Positions 29,206 to 38,454 of a DNA stretch of 64,000 nt are shown here, in pieces. Source of the DNA: Acidimicrobiaceae bacterium (GTDB lineage: Bacteria > Actinomycetota > Acidimicrobiia > Acidimicrobiales > Ilumatobacteraceae); the NCBI GenBank assembly GCA_947490975.1, contig CANLHV010000001.1:1580-65579 (forward strand), in the 5' to 3' direction. Position 1 is the first letter of the stretch, and each line of letters begins with the position of its first letter. A model generated the notes under the pieces. It did no database searches. It saw only the letters and a program-made list of their open reading frames with translations, and was not told the origin of the DNA. A program made the translations under genes and the position numbers.

Positions 29206-29269
29206 ACGCCAAGGATAGTTCAAATTTTGAGGCTAAATACGGACTATAACGAGTTGCGACTTAATGCAA

Positions 29270-29959
29270 CTAACCGCGTGGTCCGAACAGGGCTGAGCCA
29301 ATTCTGATCATTGTCGATCCTTCGGCGATGGCGATTTCAAGATCACCAGTCATGCCCATACTGCATTGCTTAAGCCCCAAGTCGTCAACGAGTTTTCGCA
29401 CCAAGCGAAATGCTCGTTGCGTTTGTTGGGGCTCATTGCTTGTTGGTCCGACCGTCATCAAGCCCACGACCTCAAGCCCTTTGGTCGTTGCCAAGTCGAA
29501 AAGCTGACTCACCTCTTGAGGATTGCATCCGCCTTTGTCGGGCTCATCGGTGGCGTTGACCTGCAACATTATTTTCGGTCGGATGTCAGAACCTGCCTTG
29601 ACACAGCGCTTGGCAATCTCATTAATCAGGTCTACTCGATCGACACTTTGCCAAACATCGACAGACTCTGCAATTGATTTAACTTTGTTGCTCTGTAACC
29701 GACCGATGAAATGTATTGGCAAGCGCTTTGCCATGGGCAGTGCACTTGATTTGGCAATCAACTCTTGCGCGTAGTTTTCACCCACCCCATCACACCCCGT
29801 ATCAAACGCCGCAATCATCGCGCCAACATCAAATGTTTTCGTAACAGCGATCAGTTTGATATTTGCTCCGCCAGCCGCAACGATGCGCTGGCGAATCTCG
29901 ATTACACGTGAGGCAACTTGCGATGCGTCTACTGAGGTCATGTCGTCACCGACATGCAA
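29270..29959 (-). CDS. yggS: YggS family pyridoxal-phosphate homeostasis protein
   Basis: LIAVTKT contains the PLP lysine context. HFIGRLQSNK and SMGMTGDLEIAIAEGSTMIRIGSALFG are also present. It lies directly downstream of ftsZ. Confidence 0.9.
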   Translation of the reverse strand: MHVGDDMTSVDASQVASRVIEIRQRIVAAGGANIKLIAVTKTFDVGAMIAAFDTGCDGVGENYAQELIAKSSALPMAKRLPIHFIGRLQSNKVKSIAESVDVWQSVDRVDLINEIAKRCVKAGSDIRPKIMLQVNATDEPDKGGCNPQEVSQLFDLATTKGLEVVGLMTVGPTSNEPQQTQRAFRLVRKLVDDLGLKQCSMGMTGDLEIAIAEGSTMIRIGSALFGPRG

Positions 29960-29962
29960 AAT

Positions 29963-31081
29963 TTATTTTAGAAACGATGGAAGATCGTCGTCGTCATCTG
30001 CACCGCTCAATGGATCAGACGCGCCGCCAAACAAATCTTTCAATCGTCCGCCTTTGGCATCTGGGCGAACTGTGCCAGATGTGGCTGTGTTTCGACCATC
30101 ACCGCGGGAGGCGGTACGTTGCGCAGCACTGTCCCATCGTTCAAAACCTGCAGCCACAACCGTGACTCGAACTTCATCGTTGACGTCGTCATCAATTACC
30201 AAGCCGTGAATGATGTTGGCGTCTTGATGCGCAACGCCACGCACGATCTCCATGGCGTTCGTAACTTCGAACAGACCAACATCTGAAGGACCAGTGATGT
30301 TGACGACAATGCCCCGGGCACCCTCGAGCGAAGCTTCGAGCAATGGCGAGTTAATTGCCGCATTTGCTGCCAATACCGCGCGGTTGTCGCCGCTTGCAGC
30401 GCCCGTGCCCATAAGCGCAGTGCCTGCATTTGAAAGCACAGTCTTGACATCAGCGAAGTCAGTGTTGATCAAGCCTGGCGTTGTGATCAAACCTGTGATG
30501 CCAGCAACGCCTTGAACCAAAACTTCGTCGGCTTTTTTGAACGCGTCGAGCATCGTTGTCTTGTCAGTCGAAATTGTGAGCAGTCGCTCGTTAGGAATAA
30601 CGACGAGTGTGTCAACTTTTTCTTTCAGTGCTGCGATGCCGGCGTCTGCCTGAACCGAACGACGGCGACCTTCGAAAGCAAACGGACGCGTAACAATCGC
30701 AACCGTGAGTGCACCTTCGGCTTTTGCGATTTCAGCGATTACTGGCGCTGCACCGGTGCCGGTGCCACCACCTTCACCTGCAGTAATGAAAACCATGTCG
30801 GCCCCAGCGACAACTTCTTGAATCTCGTCACGATGTTGCTCGGCTGCTTCGCGACCAACCTCTGGGTCAGCGCCTGCACCTAGACCGCGAGTTAACTCAC
30901 GACCAATATCGATTTTTACGCTTGCATCGCTCAACAACAGTGCCTGCGCGTCAGTGTTGATCGCTATGAACTCGACACCGCGCATGCCTGACTCCATCAT
31001 GCGATTAATTGCGTTCACGCCGCCACCACCTACACCGATGACTTTGATAACTGCCAAATAATTCTGTGGTTGACCGACCAT
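29963..31081 (-). CDS. ftsZ: Cell division GTPase FtsZ
   Basis: It has [13 protein letters not shown], the tubulin signature [13 protein letters not shown] and the C-terminal peptide [10 protein letters not shown]. Confidence 0.97.
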   Translation of the reverse strand: MVGQPQNYLAVIKVIGVGGGGVNAINRMMESGMRGVEFIAINTDAQALLLSDASVKIDIGRELTRGLGAGADPEVGREAAEQHRDEIQEVVAGADMVFITAGEGGGTGTGAAPVIAEIAKAEGALTVAIVTRPFAFEGRRRSVQADAGIAALKEKVDTLVVIPNERLLTISTDKTTMLDAFKKADEVLVQGVAGITGLITTPGLINTDFADVKTVLSNAGTALMGTGAASGDNRAVLAANAAINSPLLEASLEGARGIVVNITGPSDVGLFEVTNAMEIVRGVAHQDANIIHGLVIDDDVNDEVRVTVVAAGFERWDSAAQRTASRGDGRNTATSGTVRPDAKGGRLKDLFGGASDPLSGADDDDDLPSFLK

Positions 31082-31204
31082 TTAGGATTAACCCCCGCTG
31101 CTTGCGCTTGTTGTGCTCACTGTTTGTGAGTGCAGTTATTCTGCCACATCGGCCAACTAGCACCAAACATCAGCGAAACGTTCAGGAAGGTTTAGAGAAA
31201 GTCT

Positions 31205-33331
31205 CTACTTCGACTTTACAGTTGGCGTTCGTGGGTCAGTTAAGTCGATAGCAATAATTTGTTTCGCGTCTTGTCTGCGCAGTAGCACTAGCAGTGAAAT
31301 TAACTTGTTCTGCAAGTCGATCGGCGGGCCAAAATTAATCAGGGTTCCGGTGCGCAGAGTCATGACTAGTTGGTTTGGTCCGCCCACGCCAACGTTCAAA
31401 ACTCGTTCGCTCAACTCGGTGGGCAAGCCTGCGGCAAGCTGAGCGGCCGCCTTGTAAACGGTGCCAGCACTCGCCCCTGGTGCAAGGTTGGGGCCAACAC
31501 CAGTGATCTGCAGATATTGGGTGGGTTGACCTGTTTCAACAGCCAAAACACGACCTTGCGGATCAACGACCCGTGACCGATTATCTACACCTATATAAAA
31601 GGCCACCGGCTTGCGCTCAACGATTTCGATTACAAGTCTTGACGGGAAAAACGATTTGATTCGCACAGACTCAACCCACGGATCACCCTCAAGTCGTCGC
31701 TCGGCTGCCCGTGTATCAACCGTCAAAATTGACTTACCGTCAAGAGATTTTTCAACGGCGATCAATAAGTCAGCGCTGACATAGCGAGCGCCTTCAATTT
31801 CAACTTTACGAACGCCGACGATCGGTGACGCCAGCACTATTAGCACGAGTGCTACCACACCTATCACAGAGCCAGCCGCAGTAAGCAGACGTCGGCGATT
31901 TGAAGCGAGCGATCTAATTACATCTTTGCCGCGAGCTTCGATTCGTGAGTCACGGATGATGTTGCTTGGGTCAGATGTCGGAGCAATATTCACCGAACTG
32001 GTCATTTCATCGATCGGGTGGTCTGAATCAACAGGCAAACGAAGGTCTTCATCAACTATGACGACGCGACCATTATTGGTTTTCAGTGTTAACGACGAAT
32101 TCGTCGCCGATGAGTTGTCTCGTGATTCATCGCGAGACTCATCGCGAGACTTGTCGCGAGACTTGTCTGGGTCATTTGGTAAAACGACACGTAAATTTGC
32201 AGACGGTGTTGCGTCACCATCAAAGGCATCTTTCAGTTCGGCCAACACATCATCTGAAAGTTGTTCAGAAAACGATGGCACCGGAATCGACAAATCAGTA
32301 TTATTCGCCGAACCAAAAGCCGATTCAAGTTGCGTGTTACGAGAAACCGCACCCTGATCAATCGCGCCTGCTTCTTGAGAGATAGCCGCCGAAAAACCAA
32401 CCAAACGAATTTCGCTACGCAGTTCTAAGCCATGTGATTCGACAACGCGTTGGCGAACGAAAGTCATAAGTTCGACCACATCATCTGCATTGCCGTCTTC
32501 GTCAGCCTGAATAAAGTTTGCGTGTTTGTCGGAGATCGAAGCAGTGCCGATTCGATGACCGCGCAGACCCAGACCATCGATCAAAGCACCAGCCGACGAG
32601 GCGCCCGAAACTGGATTGACAAAAACCGAACCAGCATTTTGTCCGCCTGGCTGATTTTCACGACGCCACTTGACAATTTCGGCAAGTCGAGACTCGCCTT
32701 CGGCCTTGTCTCCCCTTGCGAGTCGCAATGTCGCCGACAAAACGATGTGTTGATCATTCAAATCAGAGCCACGAAAACGCAACCCAAGATTTGCTGCTGA
32801 AACATTGGCTTCTATGCCACGTTCGATGTGAAATATGCGCACGCTCAACAACGACGCAATCATGTCTGAACCATGCCCACCTGCATTCATTCGCACTGCG
32901 CCGCCAATCGAACCTGGCACACCGACAGCCCATTCAAAACCTCGCAGACCTGCAGCAACGCTTTGCCTTGCAATCACCGGCAATGACGACATTGCACCAA
33001 CAACGACTATCGGGTCTTGGTCTGAACTTGGAAGGTTGATCTGCTCGGCAAATGGTCCCAAGGCGATTGCTAAACCGCGAAAGCCGCTATTGCTAATCAG
33101 CATGTTGCTTCCGCGACCGAGCATCAACACCGGTATTTTCACTTTTGCAAGCGCGCGTGAAGCAGCATGCAGATCATCGACGCTCATTGCTCGCATAAAC
33201 AATGACGCAGACCCACCAACTCGATAAGTCGTGTACGGGCCAATTGGCTCGTCTTTGGTGATGCGATCACCGAGCAACGAAGCTAAGCGGTTCAAATCTT
33301 TATCGCTAGGGCGACTGAATTCTGAGATCAA
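31205..33331 (-). CDS. murB-ftsQ: Fusion protein: UDP-N-acetylenolpyruvoylglucosamine reductase MurB (aa 1-313) + low-complexity linker + cell division protein FtsQ (TM at aa 482-504, then POTRA/FtsQ domain)
   Basis: It is a single 708-codon ORF with no stop. MurB motifs are GPYTTYRVGG, GRGSN and GVPGSIGGAVRMNAG. The FtsQ part is LLTAAGSVIGVVALVLIVLASPIV followed by VRKVEIEGARYVS.... The TTG start overlaps the murC stop (TTGA). Confidence 0.8.
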   Translation of the reverse strand: MISEFSRPSDKDLNRLASLLGDRITKDEPIGPYTTYRVGGSASLFMRAMSVDDLHAASRALAKVKIPVLMLGRGSNMLISNSGFRGLAIALGPFAEQINLPSSDQDPIVVVGAMSSLPVIARQSVAAGLRGFEWAVGVPGSIGGAVRMNAGGHGSDMIASLLSVRIFHIERGIEANVSAANLGLRFRGSDLNDQHIVLSATLRLARGDKAEGESRLAEIVKWRRENQPGGQNAGSVFVNPVSGASSAGALIDGLGLRGHRIGTASISDKHANFIQADEDGNADDVVELMTFVRQRVVESHGLELRSEIRLVGFSAAISQEAGAIDQGAVSRNTQLESAFGSANNTDLSIPVPSFSEQLSDDVLAELKDAFDGDATPSANLRVVLPNDPDKSRDKSRDESRDESRDNSSATNSSLTLKTNNGRVVIVDEDLRLPVDSDHPIDEMTSSVNIAPTSDPSNIIRDSRIEARGKDVIRSLASNRRRLLTAAGSVIGVVALVLIVLASPIVGVRKVEIEGARYVSADLLIAVEKSLDGKSILTVDTRAAERRLEGDPWVESVRIKSFFPSRLVIEIVERKPVAFYIGVDNRSRVVDPQGRVLAVETGQPTQYLQITGVGPNLAPGASAGTVYKAAAQLAAGLPTELSERVLNVGVGGPNQLVMTLRTGTLINFGPPIDLQNKLISLLVLLRRQDAKQIIAIDLTDPRTPTVKSK

Positions 33332-35868
33332 TTTGACTTACCTCGACGTCGCGCGATCACTTCGCTGGGCAAACTAGAGATATCACCACAGCCCATTGAT
33401 ATACACAGATCACCGTCTTTGATTTCATCTGCCAAGAACTCTACGAGATTTGTGCGACTGGGTTGATATATGACGCGACTGTTTGGGTGCGATTCAAGAA
33501 TTGCATCGACAACAAGCTGACCTGTGACACCCGAAATTGGCTCGGTGCCAGAAGAATAAATGTCAGTAATCACTACTAGGTCAGCAGCGACGAACGAATC
33601 GGCATAGAGGTGCGAAATCACCGACATGCGATTGAATCGATTTGGTTGAAAAACTGCCACGACACGCGACCAGTTGTCTGACTCGTCACGAACACCTGAG
33701 AGCACGGCAGAAATCTCGTTTGGTAAGTGGGCGTAATCATCTACAAATGTCGCGCCGTGATCTACGCCTTGAACATCGAATCGACGAGCAACTCCACCAA
33801 AATTGCTCAACGCCTGCGCAGCCTGTTCGAATTCAACACCGAACTGCATCGCCATTGCAAGAGCGGCGAGCGCATTACTTACGTTGTGATGGCCCCGCAA
33901 CGGAAGATTTATGCGACCGAGCTCAACACTCTGCGAGCCGAGATTTTGAGCGACACCAAACGAAGAACTTCCATTTTTGAACTTGATCGAAGTAGCAACA
34001 AAATCGGCTGAAGACTTGTCGTTGACAGAATATGTAATTGCATTGTGCGTTTGAGCAATCAAGGCGCATGCCGGGTCATCGAGACACAAAACTCGAGGTC
34101 CGGCAATGTTGCCGACATAGTCAAAGAAACTTTGCTCAATGGCGGCCTGCGTTTTGAAATGATCTAGATGATCAATGTCGATGTTCGTCAAAATTGTTGC
34201 AGCAAGTGGAAGCTGAGCATGGGTGCCATCGCTTTCATCAGCCTCGACCACGAACAGCTCACTATTCGACCACGATGCGCCACGATTCAGTGAAATTACG
34301 TCGCCACCGATCAGATAACTCGGGTTTTTGCCGGCGCCAAGCAAAATAGTTGTGAGCATCGACGAAGTTGTTGTCTTGCCGTGCGTGCCAGCGACACCAA
34401 CGCTTGTGGCGCAACGGCAAATACTTGCAAGAGTTTCAGCTCGTGAGAGAACACGAATATTTAAATCACGTGCTTTTTGATATTCAATGTTTGACTCGGC
34501 GATCGCTGGCGAACCAGTAACGAAATCACAACCTAAAACAACTTCTGGATTGTGACCAATATTAATTGTGATACCAAGATTCTCGAGCCGAGTTGTTAAC
34601 TCTGACCGACGAATATCGCTACCCGAAACTTGATGACCCATTTCGGCCAGAACTGTGGCAACAGCCGACATTCCAGGGCCACCGACACCGACGATATGAA
34701 CTCGTTTCGGCTCGCGCAAGTCAATGTGTTGTCTACCTTTTTGTCCTGCCACACTGAAAATCAATTCGGTGAGAGTTGACTCACGGTGCTGCTTGCCAGC
34801 CAACCATGCGGCATTGGCAAGCACTCGAAGTTTGGCTTGATCGTCAATCAAGTCAATGATTTGATCGGCGATTTCATTGTTAGTGGTCTTTCTTTCATTG
34901 ATTACCAATGACCCGCCAAGATCGTCAAGCCATTTTGCGTTTGCGGTTTGATGATCTTCTGCGGCGCCACTCCACGGAACGAGCACGCTGGCGATTCCGA
35001 TTGTTGAAAGTTCAGCGATAGTGCTTGCGCCTGCACGTGCAACGACGAGATCAGACGCGCTGTACACATCTTGCATCGCTACAGTCGACTTAAGCCGACG
35101 ATAAACGATCTCTGTGTCATTATCAAGAATTGGAAGGTCATCGTCGATGTATCTCTCGCCAGTCAAATGAATGACACAAATATCGTTTCGGCTTTGATTG
35201 TTTTCGACAAGTGTTCGCGCAACAGAATTTAGTTTCGCTGAACCTAGAGACCCACCTGTAATGCAAATAACTTTTCGATCAATTGGTATCGATAGTCGCG
35301 TGCGAGCATCGGTTCTAGTTGATGACAGATCAAGATTTCGCAACACTCGGCGAACTGGCGCACCGGTAAGAGTTGCATTTATAAGTTTTGATGGCAAATA
35401 CGCGACTGCAACGCCAGAAGCACTTCGCGCCTGTAAACGGGTTGCCAAACCAGGTTGTCGATCGTAAGAAACTGTGACGACGGGTATCTTCAACTTTTTT
35501 GCGGCACGTGTTGCTGGCACACTCACGTATCCACCAACCGACACAACTACAGAGGGTCGCAAACTTGATAGAAGTCGCTCGGCATGTCGCGAGGCGTTGC
35601 GTAACACTTGAAAAGTGCGGAAATTTTTCTTAAGTGCTCGCGGCGACAAACCCCGACCAAAGCCCTGAACGGTTAACAGCGACATCGGAATACCAGTTGG
35701 TGGCACGAGAGTCGTTTCGATGCCGTTTGTTGATCCAACAAAATGCAATTGATCTTTAGAGACGCCACCATCTTGCAGCAATTCTGCAATTGCCAGCGCG
35801 GGTATTACATGACCGCTAGTTCCTCCACCAGTTATGACGGCAAAGAAAGTGGGGCGAGAGGCGGTCAA
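33328..35868 (-). CDS. murG-murC: Fusion protein: MurG glycosyltransferase (aa 1-~374) + UDP-N-acetylmuramate--L-alanine ligase MurC (aa ~385-846)
   Basis: It is a single 846-codon ORF. MurG motifs are ITGGGTSGHVIPALAIAE and ITGGSLGS. MurC motifs are VHIVGVGGPGMSAVATVLAEMGHQVSGSD, GVAGTHGKTTTSSML and DDYAHLP. Confidence 0.85.
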   Translation of the reverse strand: MTASRPTFFAVITGGGTSGHVIPALAIAELLQDGGVSKDQLHFVGSTNGIETTLVPPTGIPMSLLTVQGFGRGLSPRALKKNFRTFQVLRNASRHAERLLSSLRPSVVVSVGGYVSVPATRAAKKLKIPVVTVSYDRQPGLATRLQARSASGVAVAYLPSKLINATLTGAPVRRVLRNLDLSSTRTDARTRLSIPIDRKVICITGGSLGSAKLNSVARTLVENNQSRNDICVIHLTGERYIDDDLPILDNDTEIVYRRLKSTVAMQDVYSASDLVVARAGASTIAELSTIGIASVLVPWSGAAEDHQTANAKWLDDLGGSLVINERKTTNNEIADQIIDLIDDQAKLRVLANAAWLAGKQHRESTLTELIFSVAGQKGRQHIDLREPKRVHIVGVGGPGMSAVATVLAEMGHQVSGSDIRRSELTTRLENLGITINIGHNPEVVLGCDFVTGSPAIAESNIEYQKARDLNIRVLSRAETLASICRCATSVGVAGTHGKTTTSSMLTTILLGAGKNPSYLIGGDVISLNRGASWSNSELFVVEADESDGTHAQLPLAATILTNIDIDHLDHFKTQAAIEQSFFDYVGNIAGPRVLCLDDPACALIAQTHNAITYSVNDKSSADFVATSIKFKNGSSSFGVAQNLGSQSVELGRINLPLRGHHNVSNALAALAMAMQFGVEFEQAAQALSNFGGVARRFDVQGVDHGATFVDDYAHLPNEISAVLSGVRDESDNWSRVVAVFQPNRFNRMSVISHLYADSFVAADLVVITDIYSSGTEPISGVTGQLVVDAILESHPNSRVIYQPSRTNLVEFLADEIKDGDLCISMGCGDISSLPSEVIARRRGKSN

Positions 35869-35891
35869 GAGGTTCTACTTGTGAAGATTGC

Positions 35892-37094
35892 TCACTTCAT
35901 ATTACGCGCGACATTCATCAACAGCCCTGCTGCCGACATGCACACCAACAACGAACTTCCGCCGTACGAGATGAGCGGCAGTGTTAAACCAGTCACGGGC
36001 ATCGAACCAGTGACCCCACCGATATTGATGATTGCTTGAATTGCAAACCACATGGTTACGCCACCCGCGAGAAGTGCTCCGAATCGTTCTTCTGCACCGA
36101 GTGAGGCGCGCAAGCCGAACACGACGAGAGTTAAGAAACCGCCGATTACAACAGCGGCACCAATCAAACCCATCTCTTCGGCAATCGTCGAAAAAATAAA
36201 GTCACTGTGCGCTAGCGGAACATAACCCCACTTGCCTGTGCCCGCACCGACGCCGACGCCAGAAACCCCACCGTTAGAAATAGACAGTATCGATTGCCAA
36301 ACTTGATAACCGAAAGAGCCCTTTGTTTCATCTAAGTTCAAAAAGGCTGTCCAGCGATTTCGTCGCGATGAAGTAACCATTGTAAAAAATAGTGCGGCAA
36401 GAGCGCCTGAGCCGGCGATGGTGTTAACAATTCTCATCGGAATGCCAGCCATGCACATGATTGCCAAAACGATGCAAGTCAAAACGATTGCACCACCCAG
36501 GTCGCGTTGAAGAATGCACAATGCAACTGACGCAACCAAGGCAATAATCACAGGGCGTGATGTTCGATTGAAATTAGTGACTTCTTTTTGGCGACGACCA
36601 AGAAGGTTTGCGCAGTAGACCAAAAGTGCCAACTTCAAAAACTCTGAGGGTTGAAAGCCAACCGGACCCATTGCTACCCACGCGCGAGCACCGTTGATGC
36701 TGACACCGATGTTTGGTGCGAAGGGCAAGAACATTAACCCGAATGCGATGATCAAAACCGGAAATACAAATCGTCGCAACAACGAATAAGGAAAGCGAAA
36801 GAAAAACGCCATGCCTAGCCCGCCAACAGATGCCCACATCAACTGCTTGAAGAACATCGTCCACGGTGAAAATCCGCGATTCAGTGCGACGATCGAAGAT
36901 GACGACATAACCATCACCAGACCGAATGTCACAAGTGTCAGCACTGTGAGAAAAATCATGAAGAAAGTTGTGTTGGCAGGCTTCTGTGCAACTCGACGAG
37001 ATGAAAGCAAACCACCACGATCAAGAACTGCTCGACGACGTTGAGCGAGAGTCATCGTTCGATTTGGGGTTGTTGCTGAAGTTGCTGTGCTCAT
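35892..37094 (-). CDS. ftsW: SEDS-family peptidoglycan glycosyltransferase FtsW
   Basis: It is a polytopic membrane protein with the SEDS C-terminal pattern (HSDFIFSTIAEEMGLIG, LPLISYGGSS). It occupies the position between murD and murG. Confidence 0.9.
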   Translation of the reverse strand: MSTATSATTPNRTMTLAQRRRAVLDRGGLLSSRRVAQKPANTTFFMIFLTVLTLVTFGLVMVMSSSSIVALNRGFSPWTMFFKQLMWASVGGLGMAFFFRFPYSLLRRFVFPVLIIAFGLMFLPFAPNIGVSINGARAWVAMGPVGFQPSEFLKLALLVYCANLLGRRQKEVTNFNRTSRPVIIALVASVALCILQRDLGGAIVLTCIVLAIMCMAGIPMRIVNTIAGSGALAALFFTMVTSSRRNRWTAFLNLDETKGSFGYQVWQSILSISNGGVSGVGVGAGTGKWGYVPLAHSDFIFSTIAEEMGLIGAAVVIGGFLTLVVFGLRASLGAEERFGALLAGGVTMWFAIQAIINIGGVTGSMPVTGLTLPLISYGGSSLLVCMSAAGLLMNVARNMK

Positions 37095-37109
37095 GTTTCC
37101 TCGACTTTG

Positions 37110-38453
37110 TTAGTTTTTGACTTGCTTGCTATTGATTAATGTCATTACTTCATTTTTGAAATCGGTTCCCCGCTCGCCATAGTTTTTGTACCAGTCGTAA
37201 CTAGCGCAACCTGGCGAGAGCAAAACGACATCTCCTGAAGCAGCGAATTTGCTGGCGCAACTCACCGCGTCGCGCATCGAACTACAAATTTTGACCTCAC
37301 ACACTTTCGAAAATACCGTGGCGATGTCTTTTGCGGCGGTTCCGATTGCCACAACTGCCTTGACTTTGTCAGCATTCTTGGCCATCTCAGTTAGATCTAG
37401 ACCTTTGTTTTTGCCGCCAGCAATCAACACAATCGACTCAAACGAATTGAGCGCGACACCCGATGCATGCGGGCTCGTTGCCTTCGAGTCGTTAAACCAA
37501 CGAACGCCCTCGCTCTCAGCAACAAACTCAATTCGGTGCGGCGCATTGACAAAACTTCGCAAAGCCTGCGCAACTTGATTGCGATTCGCAAGGCCAGCCT
37601 CAATTGTGATCGCCGCTGCGGCCAGCGCGTTGGTTACGTCGTGCGGCAGACTTCGCGCCATTTCATTGCGATGCAAGATTTCACCTGACGGACACGTCAG
37701 CACACCGTTTGACACGCGATAGTCACCAGTGTCTGCACCGAAACTTACAACCCGAGCACCGCATAATTTTGCGACTTTTGTGATCGATTGATCAGCTACC
37801 GGCACGACTGCCACATCTGTTGGCTGTAAGTGTGCCCAAATTTTGGCTTTGGCTTCGTGATACGAGCCAAGCGAAGTATGCCAATCTAAATGGTCGGGAG
37901 CAAAGTTCAACCACACTGAAGCCTTGGCGCGAAATGATTGAGTCAGCGCCAAACGAAAACTTGAACACTCAACTGCAAACGCTTGCGCGTCGGTACGTAA
38001 CGCTGCAATCAAAGGTAGGTCGGTATTGCCAACTGCAAGAGATTTTTTGCCCGCTGAATTTATAATCGCCGCCGCCATTAAAGTCGTCGTCGTTTTGCCA
38101 TCAGTGCCGGTGACTGCGACCATCGGTCGAGGTGCTGATGACTGCTGTTCGATTTGATAAGCAAGTTCGATTTCAGACATCACGGGTTTTTGCAATCGAC
38201 GTGACTCATCAAACAACTGGTGAGTCTCAGGCAAGCCTGGCGCGGGCACAACACGATCAGATTTATGTAAGAGTGCAGCAATCTCAGCGGCTGTTGGCCG
38301 AAATTGAATCTCGCTTTTTAGTTGACGTGCAAACTCTGCGTTACTTTCAGATTCAAGATCATCGACCAGAATCACGCTCTCACCACGCGACACAAGCTCG
38401 CTAGCCACCGCTCGCCCGGCGACGGCAAGTCCGTAAACGAGAGTTGTCGTCAT
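37110..38453 (-). CDS. murD: UDP-N-acetylmuramoylalanine--D-glutamate ligase
   Basis: It has a Rossmann-like N-terminus (VYGLAVAGRAVA) and the P-loop VTGTDGKTTTTLM. I trimmed the start to ATG 38453, 1 nt after the mraY stop (TGAGATG). Confidence 0.9.
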   Translation of the reverse strand: MTTTLVYGLAVAGRAVASELVSRGESVILVDDLESESNAEFARQLKSEIQFRPTAAEIAALLHKSDRVVPAPGLPETHQLFDESRRLQKPVMSEIELAYQIEQQSSAPRPMVAVTGTDGKTTTTLMAAAIINSAGKKSLAVGNTDLPLIAALRTDAQAFAVECSSFRLALTQSFRAKASVWLNFAPDHLDWHTSLGSYHEAKAKIWAHLQPTDVAVVPVADQSITKVAKLCGARVVSFGADTGDYRVSNGVLTCPSGEILHRNEMARSLPHDVTNALAAAAITIEAGLANRNQVAQALRSFVNAPHRIEFVAESEGVRWFNDSKATSPHASGVALNSFESIVLIAGGKNKGLDLTEMAKNADKVKAVVAIGTAAKDIATVFSKVCEVKICSSMRDAVSCASKFAASGDVVLLSPGCASYDWYKNYGERGTDFKNEVMTLINSKQVKN

Positions 38454-38454
38454 C

